37,779 nt of DNA, from assembly GCA_044222065.1 (NCBI GenBank), contig JBGAOA010000041.1, forward strand, positions 1 to 37,779, given 5' to 3'. This stretch comes from Candidatus Eiseniibacteriota bacterium (lineage in GTDB: Bacteria; Eisenbacteria; RBG-16-71-46). Below the pieces are notes generated by a model that ran no database searches, had not been told where the DNA came from, and saw nothing but the letters and a program-made list of their open reading frames with translations. The position numbers were made by a program, and so were the translations under genes. Below are positions 18,432 through 29,474 of this stretch, piece after piece; positions within the stretch are counted from its first letter, which is position 1; every line of letters begins with the position of its first letter.

Positions 18432-20648
18432 ATGACGACGCCCGGACTCGAAGACGCCTGGGGACCGCGCCCCGCGCCGCGCACCACACCGCGCGAACGC
18501 CTGCTGCGGCTGCTCGCGCTCGCAGGCGTGATCGCGGCGCTCGCGCTCGGCCTGCCGCGCTTCCTCACGCACACGCCGTATCCGCGGCTCGGCATCATCC
18601 CGAACTGGGAGCACGCGAGCGGGCGGCTCGCGGTCGCCGAGGTCGTGGGCCCGCCGGGCAAGGGCGTGCTGCAGCCGGGCGACCTGATCCTCGAGGTCGA
18701 GGGCCAGCCGCTGTCGCGCACCGAGCTTCGCTCGTCCGTGCGCAAGCAAGGCTGGCCGAAGGGCCCGATGGCGATGCGCATCCAGCGCGGCGAGCGCGTC
18801 ATGGAGATCGTGCTGCCGCCGCTGCACCTCACCGCGTGGCAGCGCGTGCGCTCGTACACGCTGCCGATCGCCGCCGTGATCGCGGTGCCGATCGTCGCGT
18901 TCCTGCTCGTGTGGCGCCGGCCCGACTTGGGCACGGCGTGGGTGTTCCTGTGGTTCGCCTGCCTGCAGGGGCTCGCCGCGATCTACGACCTCTACCGCTA
19001 TCCGCAGTTCGGCTCGCACGGCGCGTTCGCGCTGTACGTGACGACGCTCTCGACCGTGAAGAGTTTCCTGCCCGCGGCGTTCCTGCACCTCATGACGGTG
19101 TTCCCGCGCCGCCGCTGGCAGCGTGCGTTCGAGTGGCGCAGCGTGTGGTTCTGGATCGTCGCGCTCGCGTACGTCGTCGCGCCGTCGCTGCCGCTGCTCG
19201 CGCCGCTGTTCGGCATGAAGCAGGACATGCTGTACGCGTGGTTCGAGATCTCGGCGCTCGGTCTCGGCCTCGTGCCGCTGCTCGACCGCTACGCCGGCCC
19301 CGCGCGCCCGGGCTGGGCGCCGCGGCTCTCGGAGCGCGCGCTCGCCGGCGTGATCGCGCTCGCGCTCGGCGCGGCGGTCGTGTTCGGCGTGTTCGGCGCG
19401 ATCGCCGAGGACCCGCGCGTCGCGGCGCTCTATTCGATTCCGGCGTTCCGCCTGCTCGTCACGATCGTGACGGTCGCGTGGCTCTCGTCGCCGCTCCTGA
19501 TGGCGTACCTGATCGCGAACGACCCCGCGTTCGATCCGCGCCGACTGCTCGTGCAGAGCGTGCCGTACGCGCTCCTGACCGGCGGCTTCGCGGCCGTGTA
19601 CCTCGCGCTCGTGCTCGTGGGCCAGCGGCTGTTCGCGCAGGCCACGGGCGAAGAGGCGATGGCGTTCAACGTCGTGGCCGCGCTCGCGGTCGCGCTCGCG
19701 TTCGCGCCGCTGCGCGTGCGGCTCCAGTCGTGGCTCGACCGCCTGTACGGCCGCGACCCGCGCCTCGTCCGCCTCGCGCTCGACCGCGCGGGCCACGAGC
19801 TGCTCGGCGCGCTCCATCCGGCCGAGATCAAAAACTCGGTCGAGGACGGACTCGCGCGCGCCTTCAAGCGCCCGGTGACGGTGGAGTGGCCCGACGCCGG
19901 CTCGCCGCGCGTCGCGCATCCCGAAGACGTGCCGCCCGACGCGCGCGGCGCCGTGGACAACCTGCTCGAGCAGGCGCGCGTGCGGCTCGACAACCTCGCG
20001 CTCCAGCAGCAGCGCGCGCACGCCGAGCGGCGCGCCGTCGAGCTGCGCGAACTCGCCGCGCGCGCCGAGCTGCGCGCGCTGCAGGCGCAGGTGCAGCCGC
20101 ACTTCCTGTTCAACGCGCTGAATGCGCTCGCGTACCTGACCGAGGCGGATCCGGCCGCGGCGCAGCGCTTCACCGAGCGCCTCGCCGACATGCTGCGCTA
20201 CACGATCGAGGCGAGCCGGCGGCCGGCCGCGCTCTTGAGCGAAGAGATCGGCTTCGTCGAGGACTACCTCGGCGTCGCGCGCGAGCGCTACGAGAACACG
20301 CTCGAGTTCCGCTACGACGGCCCCGACGACCTGCTCGCCACACCGGTGCCGCCGCTGCTGCTGCAGCCGCTCGTCGAGAACAGCTTGAAGCACGGCTGCG
20401 CGCCGGGCACCGACGTGCTGCACCTGTGGCTCCACGCGCGCACGGACGGCGAGTGGATGGAGCTGGAGTTCTCGGACGATGGTGTGACGAACGGGAATGG
20501 GGGCCCTGGTCTGGGCGTGGGCCTCCAGAATCTCGAACAGCGTGTGCGCCGCTTCGCCGGGGGCGACGCCACGATGGAAGCAGGCCCACGAACGGAAGGT
20601 GGCTACCGGGTACGCCTCCGTTGGCACTCGAACAAGGAGGCGGCATGA
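18432..20648 (+). CDS. LytS/YehU-type sensor histidine kinase with an extracytoplasmic PDZ-like domain and multi-TM region
   Basis: LQPGDLILEVEG (PDZ-like); ELRALQAQVQPHFLFNALN H box; LLQPLVENSLKHG; GVGLQNL. Confidence 0.88.
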   Translation: MTTPGLEDAWGPRPAPRTTPRERLLRLLALAGVIAALALGLPRFLTHTPYPRLGIIPNWEHASGRLAVAEVVGPPGKGVLQPGDLILEVEGQPLSRTELRSSVRKQGWPKGPMAMRIQRGERVMEIVLPPLHLTAWQRVRSYTLPIAAVIAVPIVAFLLVWRRPDLGTAWVFLWFACLQGLAAIYDLYRYPQFGSHGAFALYVTTLSTVKSFLPAAFLHLMTVFPRRRWQRAFEWRSVWFWIVALAYVVAPSLPLLAPLFGMKQDMLYAWFEISALGLGLVPLLDRYAGPARPGWAPRLSERALAGVIALALGAAVVFGVFGAIAEDPRVAALYSIPAFRLLVTIVTVAWLSSPLLMAYLIANDPAFDPRRLLVQSVPYALLTGGFAAVYLALVLVGQRLFAQATGEEAMAFNVVAALAVALAFAPLRVRLQSWLDRLYGRDPRLVRLALDRAGHELLGALHPAEIKNSVEDGLARAFKRPVTVEWPDAGSPRVAHPEDVPPDARGAVDNLLEQARVRLDNLALQQQRAHAERRAVELRELAARAELRALQAQVQPHFLFNALNALAYLTEADPAAAQRFTERLADMLRYTIEASRRPAALLSEEIGFVEDYLGVARERYENTLEFRYDGPDDLLATPVPPLLLQPLVENSLKHGCAPGTDVLHLWLHARTDGEWMELEFSDDGVTNGNGGPGLGVGLQNLEQRVRRFAGGDATMEAGPRTEGGYRVRLRWHSNKEAA

Positions 20649-21463
20649 GGTGGTCGTCACGACGCCGCGCCCCGGCGGAAGGCCCGGGCGCCAAGGATTC
20701 CTCACCCATTCGTGCGCTGCTCGCCGACGACGAGCCGCGCGCCCGGCAATTCTTGGAGAAGCTGCTCGGTGAACACGCCGAGATCGAACTCGTCGGCGTG
20801 GCGAGGAACGGCGCGGAAGCGCTGTCGCTCTACCACAAGCTCAGGCCCGAGGTCGTGTTCCTCGACATCCACATGCCGGATCTCTCGGGCATCGAGGTCG
20901 CGCGCCAGATCGCCCGAGGCGGATCGCCGGTGATCGTGTTCGTCACGGCGTACGACCAGTACGCGGTCGAGGCGTTCGAGATCGCCGCGCTCGACTACCT
21001 CTTGAAGCCGATCCGCCGCGACCGGCTCGCCGAGACCGTGCGGCGCGTCGTGTCCGAGGTGCGCGAGCAGCCGGCGGCCGCGCGCGGCGAGAAGCTGCGC
21101 GAGGCGCTCGAGAGTCCGCCGATGTCGGGCCAGACGCCGCCCTTGAAGCGCCTGCCGGTGCGCCACCGGCGCGAGGTGAAGCTGCTCGATCTCGAGCAGG
21201 TGCCGCTCATCTTCTCGCGCGACCGGCTCGTGCTCGCGCGCAGCGAGGCGCACGAGTACCTCGTGGACTACACGCTTCAAGAACTCGAGCAGCGGCTGCC
21301 CGAGGGCCAGTTCGTGCGCGTGCACCGCGGAGCGCTCGTGAACCTCGAGGCCGTCGAGAGCTACGGCGGCGAGGACGGCGTGCTGGTGCTGAAGCTCAAG
21401 GACGGCACGCGCGTCGAAGCGAGCGAACGCCGCGCCGCGGAAGTGAGGCGCAAGCTCCGATAG
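20645..21463 (+). CDS. LytTR-family response regulator
   Basis: ADDEP, FLDIHMP, FVTAYDQYAVEAFE, DYLLKP, FVRVHR; ATGA overlap with the kinase. Confidence 0.92.
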   Translation: MRWSSRRRAPAEGPGAKDSSPIRALLADDEPRARQFLEKLLGEHAEIELVGVARNGAEALSLYHKLRPEVVFLDIHMPDLSGIEVARQIARGGSPVIVFVTAYDQYAVEAFEIAALDYLLKPIRRDRLAETVRRVVSEVREQPAAARGEKLREALESPPMSGQTPPLKRLPVRHRREVKLLDLEQVPLIFSRDRLVLARSEAHEYLVDYTLQELEQRLPEGQFVRVHRGALVNLEAVESYGGEDGVLVLKLKDGTRVEASERRAAEVRRKLR

Positions 21464-21473
21464 AGCGCGACGG

Positions 21474-21601
21474 TACAGGTTCCGACGGAAGACCCGAGCG
21501 CAAGGCGGCGACGGAGTGAGGAGCGAGGTGTATCCGCAGGATACTCCGCAGTGACGAACGACCGAGCCAACGCGGCGATCGGGTCTTCAGTCGGAACCTG
21601 A
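21474..21601. mobile_element. MITE-like non-autonomous palindromic element
   Basis: Inverted repeats 21476-21497 and 21579-21600 (21/22 match); central hairpin GTATCC-gca-GGATAC; direct repeat CGCGACGG at 21466-21473 and 21602-21609. Confidence 0.75.
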
Positions 21602-21656
21602 CGCGACGGCCACCTCGCAGCGGGGGTGGCCGTCGTGCGTTCGGGGCGCTTGCGCG

Positions 21657-22426
21657 CTACCGATACAGCGCCTTGATCGCGCCCCACGTGTTGCGGCGGG
21701 AAGGCGTCGCGCCGGCGCAGGTCGCGTCGCTCGCGCTCTGCCAGGTGACGTGGGCGCGGGTGAGGGGGATCGTCACCGTCTGCGTATCCGACCCGCCCGC
21801 CTCGAGGGTGACCGAACGAAGAGAGATGCAAGCGGGAATCCCACATCCCGCGCATGCACCGGTGCCCACGGTCTTCGAGTGCGCCAGAGTCAATCGGAAG
21901 GCGTGGTACTCGAGGCCCGCCACGGGCCCGGGTCCGAAGACATCCGGCTGAAGCAAGAACACAGAGGCGCGTGCGCGATTCGGGGCCTGGTAGCCCGACG
22001 CGTAGGTGACCGAGTGCACGAGAACGCCGAACCGGAACGGCAGAGGCGCGCAGGCACCGACGGTCGCTCCCTCGTCGTAGCTGGCCGTGAGAGCGAGCAG
22101 CCTGCACGCGGAGGCCGACTGAGCAACGGACCACCACGCGGGCAAGGTGGTCGATTCAACTTGAAGTTCGAGCTCGCTCACGGTTCCCTGCATGACCGCA
22201 GAGGGCCTCGAGAAGACGACCGAGCCGACCAGTGTCTCCGATCCGGAGTTCGTGTCGCACGCGAAGCTCTTGTTGATCTGCCCCGCCGACCCGCAGGTGT
22301 CCCACGAGAGATTGATTCCTGACGGCTGGGCGGACGCCGTGCGAGGGATCACAAGAAACGCGACGATGGCGAATGCGAACTCGACGCGCATTGACCGCCC
22401 CAGTTCGGGACGACGATCCAACGGCT

Positions 22427-22430
<4 letters not shown>
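21657..22430 (-). CDS. Secreted Cys-rich hypothetical protein with a C-terminal TWGAIKALYR tag
   Basis: ATG 22430 overlaps the protease stop (alternative ATG 22391); signal peptide ending ASA; GINLSWDTC...FACDTNSG...CAGC; ends NTWGAIKALYR. Confidence 0.8.
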
Positions 22431-24982
<2,552 letters not shown>

Positions 24983-25241
24983 TCGTTGAGGGGCCAACGA
25001 GCGCGAGTCCCGGGTGGTGCGGCTGCGCAAGATTCTACTGCTGGGCCGGAGCGCAATGGATGCGAAATCCGCTCTGGCCGTGCGCGGGCGGCGCGGCGCT
25101 CACCGCGCAAACCGGTCGGACGCCGGTGGAGTGGGCCACTCTGACTCCCGCCGAATCCCGGCGGAGTCGTTGCCTCGCAACGGTTCCGCCGCGCCCAGCC
25201 ACCTTGCGCTCCGCGCCGCGCCCGACGAATCTCCCCGCCTC

Positions 25242-26531
25242 ATGGCCAAGCAGCGCAGGACCCCGCCCGCTTCCACAGCAACCGATGCGGCCGCTTCGAG
25301 CGGCGCACCGTCACCCGCGCGCGCCGGCCGCGACGTGCTCATCCTGCTGTTCGTCGTGCTCGCCGCCCTCGGTCTGTTCGCGCGCCGCGACGTGTTCCGA
25401 GGGCGGCACCTCGAGAACGACGAGCAGGTCTATCGCGCGCTCGTCGTGCAGCTCGACCGCGGCGCGGGCTACACGCTCCAGGGCATCGCGATTCCCGCCG
25501 ACGTGCTGCCGCCCGAGATGTACGCGCAGAAGCTCTTCTATCACCACCCGCCGGGGGGCGTCGCGTACTTCTGGCTGATGTGGCGGCTCGCCGGGCCCTC
25601 GGGCTTCGCGCTCGCGCAGACGCTCGCGTTCCTCGCGTTCCTGTGGGGCGCGATGCGGCTCCATCGCATCGCCGTGCCCGACGCCTCGCTCACCGAGCGC
25701 GCGCTCGTCGCCACACTCGCGGCCTTCACGCCGATCGCGGCGCACGTCGCGACGAACCACTGGCTCGACGGCCCCCTGCTCGCCGTCGTCACGATTGCCG
25801 CGGGCGTGACGCTCGAGGCGCTGCGCGACCGCGACGCGAAGCGCGCGCTGTTGGCGGGTGCGCTCCTCGGACTCGCGTCGTGGATCAAGCTGCCGGGGCT
25901 GCTCGCCGTGCCGGGCGTGCTCGCGCTCGCGTGGGCGCTCGAAGCGAAGCGTCCGAATGCGGCGTGGTGGAAGACGGCGGCGCTCGTCCTCGGCGTCACG
26001 CTCGTCGTCCAGGCGCCGTGGGAGCTGTGGCAGTGGAGCGCACTCGGCACGCCGTTCCCGCCGAACATGGGCAAGCCGTCCGCCGACCTGCTCGCGAACA
26101 ACGGCTACGAGCGCATGGTCACGGTGGACCGGCCGTGGTGGGTCTACGCGAAGCTGCTGCCGACCGTGCTCTGGAGCTTCGTGCCCGCGGCACTCGCGCT
26201 GTGGTTCGTGCGGTCCGGGCCCGCGTCGCGCCGCGCCGCACTCGCGCTCTTCGCGTGGATCGTGGCGATCGTGTTGCCGCACACGATCCTCGGCGCGATG
26301 GGCTGGCCGAAGCTGCTGCGTCTCGTCGTGCTCGTCACGCCGGCGACGCTGCTGCTCGCGGCGTTCGCGCTGCGGCACGCGGCGCGGAACGCGCGCGGCG
26401 AGCGCGGACTCGAGATCGGCGCGATCTCGGCGTTCGCGGTGGTCGTGCTCGGCATCGCGCTCGAAGTCGTGCAGGGCGTCGTCACGACGCTCGTGGACCG
26501 TCACGACGTGATCGTGTCGCTCTGGCGCTGA
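25242..26531 (+). CDS. GT-C fold membrane glycosyltransferase (ArnT/PMT-like, GT39/GT83-like)
   Basis: NDEQVY after the first TM, YHHPPG, WLDGPLL, LASWIK; many TM helices; start uncertain. Confidence 0.75.
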   Translation: MAKQRRTPPASTATDAAASSGAPSPARAGRDVLILLFVVLAALGLFARRDVFRGRHLENDEQVYRALVVQLDRGAGYTLQGIAIPADVLPPEMYAQKLFYHHPPGGVAYFWLMWRLAGPSGFALAQTLAFLAFLWGAMRLHRIAVPDASLTERALVATLAAFTPIAAHVATNHWLDGPLLAVVTIAAGVTLEALRDRDAKRALLAGALLGLASWIKLPGLLAVPGVLALAWALEAKRPNAAWWKTAALVLGVTLVVQAPWELWQWSALGTPFPPNMGKPSADLLANNGYERMVTVDRPWWVYAKLLPTVLWSFVPAALALWFVRSGPASRRAALALFAWIVAIVLPHTILGAMGWPKLLRLVVLVTPATLLLAAFALRHAARNARGERGLEIGAISAFAVVVLGIALEVVQGVVTTLVDRHDVIVSLWR

Positions 26532-26600
26532 GCCGCCGCAAGCGCGAACGCCGCGCCGGTGCTCCGGCGCGGCGTTCGTGTTCCAGGCGCGAGGTCGCGG

Positions 26601-28331
26601 CTACGGCGTCGCCGGCGCGGCCTGCGCCGCGAGCGCGCCTTCGATCGGCCAGGGAATGCGCTTGAGCCGCTCGGGGTGGAGCACCGGCGAGTACATCTTC
26701 TTGTAGTGCTCCGTGTGCTTCTTCAGCACTTCGTCGCGCAGGCCCTCCGACACGCGGTCGCGCAGCTGCATGACGGTGCCCGCCATCAGCTCGTCGTAAG
26801 CCATCGGCGGCTGGACCTTCGAGACGAGTTTCAGCACGAGGAAGGCGTTCGGCGCGATCTGCATCGGCCCCGCGGGCCCGCCCGCGGGCAGGCTCGTGAA
26901 CGTGGGCTCGAGGTTCTGCCAGCGCGGATCGTTCGTCGGGTAGCGCACGGTCACCCGCTGCACCTGCGCGTTCGCGCCCGCCATGGCGAGCGCGTCGGCG
27001 AGCGACGCCGCGTGCGACGCGTGCATCGAGACCTGCTGGGCGAGCGGCGACTCCGGAAGGATCGCGGCGTCGAACGTGGCCTCGCGCAGCTTCGTGAAGC
27101 CGTCCTTCACGGTCTCGTAGTACGCGCGCACCTGGTCGTCGCTCGCGGTCGCTTCGGGCGCGATGTCGCTCGCGTAGAGCGCCTCGAGCACGTAGCTGTC
27201 CACGCGGCCGTCGATCTGGCGCTTCACGTCGGGGTCCTGGTCGAGGCCGCGGCGCTTCGCTTCCGCGAGCACGATGCGGCGCAGCGCCTGGCTGTCGATC
27301 CACGAGCGCACGGCCGGGATCGAACTCCACGTCGGCGGCCGCACGTCGCCGCGCGCGATGTCGCGCAGCGCGTCTGCGACCGAGTAGCGCTCGCTGCCGG
27401 CCTTCGCGCCGTCCCAGGCCGCGAGCGTCGTCGCCTCGTCGTCCGCGGTCGGCGTCGGCGTCATCGTCACGCCGCCGAAGCCCTGCATCTGCTCGGCCGC
27501 CGCCGCGTTCGCGCGCGTGTAGAGCGACTGCGGCGCGCCGGGCGCGACGGTGAGCCGGTACGCGGCGCGCAGCGACTCGGACGCGCGCACCGCGACCATA
27601 CGCTGCTTCTTCTGCCGGATCATCTCGGTGACGATGCCGAGCTGCGACTCGGGCGCGGGCTGCGCGTTGTACTGGCGCGCGACGACCTTCACGATGAACC
27701 AGCCCTCGCCGGGCGCGGCGACCGGGCCGACGACGGTGTTGAGCGGCGCCGTGCGCAGCAGGTCGTCGAGCGGCGGCACGAGCGAGCCCGGCAGCATCAT
27801 GCCGAGGTCGCCCCCCGGCGGCAGCGCGCCGACGGCGTTGAAGCGGTTCGCGACGGCGCCGAAGTCCTCGCCGGCGTCGAGCGCGGCGCGCGCGGCGTTC
27901 GCGACCGCGCGCTCGGGCGAATAAATGACGAGCATCTGCGACGACGTGTCGCGCCACGCGACGAGCTGCTTCGCCTCGGCGGCGCTCACCGGAAGGTCGC
28001 GCGCGACGATGCGTTCGAACAGCGTGCGCTGCAGCAGCTGCGACTCGGCCTCGGCGCGGTTCTTCGTGACGAGCGTGTCCTTGAACAGCCCGCGTTCCTC
28101 GGCCTCGCGCAGCATCAGCTCGCGGCGCAACAGGTCGTCGAACAGCGCGAGCTTCGCTTCGTCGGGCGTGCCGGGGTAATTCGATTCGTTTCCGCGGGCG
28201 ACCGCCTTGAAGTCGTCCACCGTGACGACGCGATTCCCGACGCGGATGAGTTCGTCGTTGTTGACGCAGCCCGCCGCCGCGGCCGCGAGCGCGGCCAGCG
28301 CGAGGGCGGGAAGGAGTCTTCGCCGAGACAT
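26601..28331 (-). CDS. PrsA/SurA-like peptidylprolyl isomerase lipoprotein
   Basis: Lipobox AAGC; GEDFGAVANRF...GGDLG...VVGPV...GWFIVKV; EAKRRGLDQDPDV. Confidence 0.75.
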   Translation of the reverse strand: MSRRRLLPALALAALAAAAAGCVNNDELIRVGNRVVTVDDFKAVARGNESNYPGTPDEAKLALFDDLLRRELMLREAEERGLFKDTLVTKNRAEAESQLLQRTLFERIVARDLPVSAAEAKQLVAWRDTSSQMLVIYSPERAVANAARAALDAGEDFGAVANRFNAVGALPPGGDLGMMLPGSLVPPLDDLLRTAPLNTVVGPVAAPGEGWFIVKVVARQYNAQPAPESQLGIVTEMIRQKKQRMVAVRASESLRAAYRLTVAPGAPQSLYTRANAAAAEQMQGFGGVTMTPTPTADDEATTLAAWDGAKAGSERYSVADALRDIARGDVRPPTWSSIPAVRSWIDSQALRRIVLAEAKRRGLDQDPDVKRQIDGRVDSYVLEALYASDIAPEATASDDQVRAYYETVKDGFTKLREATFDAAILPESPLAQQVSMHASHAASLADALAMAGANAQVQRVTVRYPTNDPRWQNLEPTFTSLPAGGPAGPMQIAPNAFLVLKLVSKVQPPMAYDELMAGTVMQLRDRVSEGLRDEVLKKHTEHYKKMYSPVLHPERLKRIPWPIEGALAAQAAPATP

Positions 28332-28367
28332 GAGTCGGTCCTTTCGAACGAGTGTGAAGGCCGCGGA

Positions 28368-28397
28368 ACGTTAGGGCAGGCGCGCGCGGCGCGGCAA
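28368..28397 (-). promoter_or_regulatory. Candidate sigma70 promoter of the PPIase-like gene
   Basis: TTGCCG-18-TAACGT on the minus strand; AAAGGA RBS downstream. Confidence 0.4.
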
Positions 28398-28524
28398 GGC
28401 GGGCGGACGGCGCGGGGCGGTCACGCTCGGAGCGCTCGCAGCACGGGCGAGCGATCGCTCAGGACGGCCGGCGGGCGGCGCGAACGCTCGATGAGGAAGT
28501 CCGACCGCCGGCGAAGACGCTTGA

Positions 28525-29172
28525 TCAGGACGTCCGGCGCGGCCGCTGCTTCGCCGAGACGGACTGGATCACGACGGCGCCCGGGCCGCGAGGCGCGAAC
28601 GGCTGCTTCGAACGCGCGATCGCGAGGTCCACGAAGTGGCGGATGTCGGGGCGATCGAAGTCGGCCGGTCTCTCGAGGCGGATGTGGCGCACCTGGTTCC
28701 CCTCGCCGCGCAGCACGCCCTTCGGGTCCGGGAACCTGGCGCCGAACAGGAAGCACACGGTGACCCAGCGCGGCATCGGCACGACCGAGAGCACGGCCTC
28801 GGAGGGGCGGGGCGTCGCGCTGAAGCCGAAGACGAGCGCGTTGTAGTTGTCGTACACGAGTTCGTGCGCGCCCGGAATCCGCGCGCGCAGTTTCCTGCGC
28901 ACCGCTCGCGCGAACGCCGCGACCTCGGGCGTGTACCTGGCGAGGAAGCCGGCGATGCGCTTCTCGACGGCGGCGCGCGACTCGGCGCGGGGCGCCGACG
29001 CGGCGCGGGGCGTGCTCGCAGCGGGGCGGCGTGCCGCCTGCTTCGTGGAGGCGCCGGCAGCAGAGCGATGCCGCGTCTTGCGGGCGGCGGCCTCGCGGGA
29101 CGACGGCCGCGACGCCGCGCTCGCGGTGGAGCGGCGGCTTCGAGCGGGGGACTTCGCGCGCTTCACGGGCAT
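28525..29172 (-). CDS. DUF1801 (YdhG-like) domain protein with a basic low-complexity N-terminus
   Basis: ELVYDNYNALVFGF...FLFGARFPDPKGVLRGEGNQVRHIRL; ATG 29172. Confidence 0.75.
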   Translation of the reverse strand: MPVKRAKSPARSRRSTASAASRPSSREAAARKTRHRSAAGASTKQAARRPAASTPRAASAPRAESRAAVEKRIAGFLARYTPEVAAFARAVRRKLRARIPGAHELVYDNYNALVFGFSATPRPSEAVLSVVPMPRWVTVCFLFGARFPDPKGVLRGEGNQVRHIRLERPADFDRPDIRHFVDLAIARSKQPFAPRGPGAVVIQSVSAKQRPRRTS

Positions 29173-29474
29173 CGTGGCTCCCGAGTCGAGGTGCGTTCGT
29201 GACACGTCGGCGACGAGGTTCGTGCGCGACGAAGCGGACGATACGAAATCGCTTGACGCACTTTCAGCACCGAATTCAGAAACATCGCGGCGTGTCTTGT
29301 CGTTGCCCTTTGAGCCGCCGTGCGCGGCTGAACGCGGCGCCTCGAACGCGATCCCTCGCGCGATGTCTCGACGCGTGGCGATCGGGCAATGGCGCGCACG
29401 CACGGCGCTCGAAAACACACGTGCTATGAAGTGCACGCAGCCCCCGCGTGACCCGCCCCCGGCGGAGTTGCGTC

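Noticed and set aside
28421..28524. Short reading frame after the DUF1801 gene as a possible gene remnant
   Set aside because: No start codon with RBS and no recognisable similarity.
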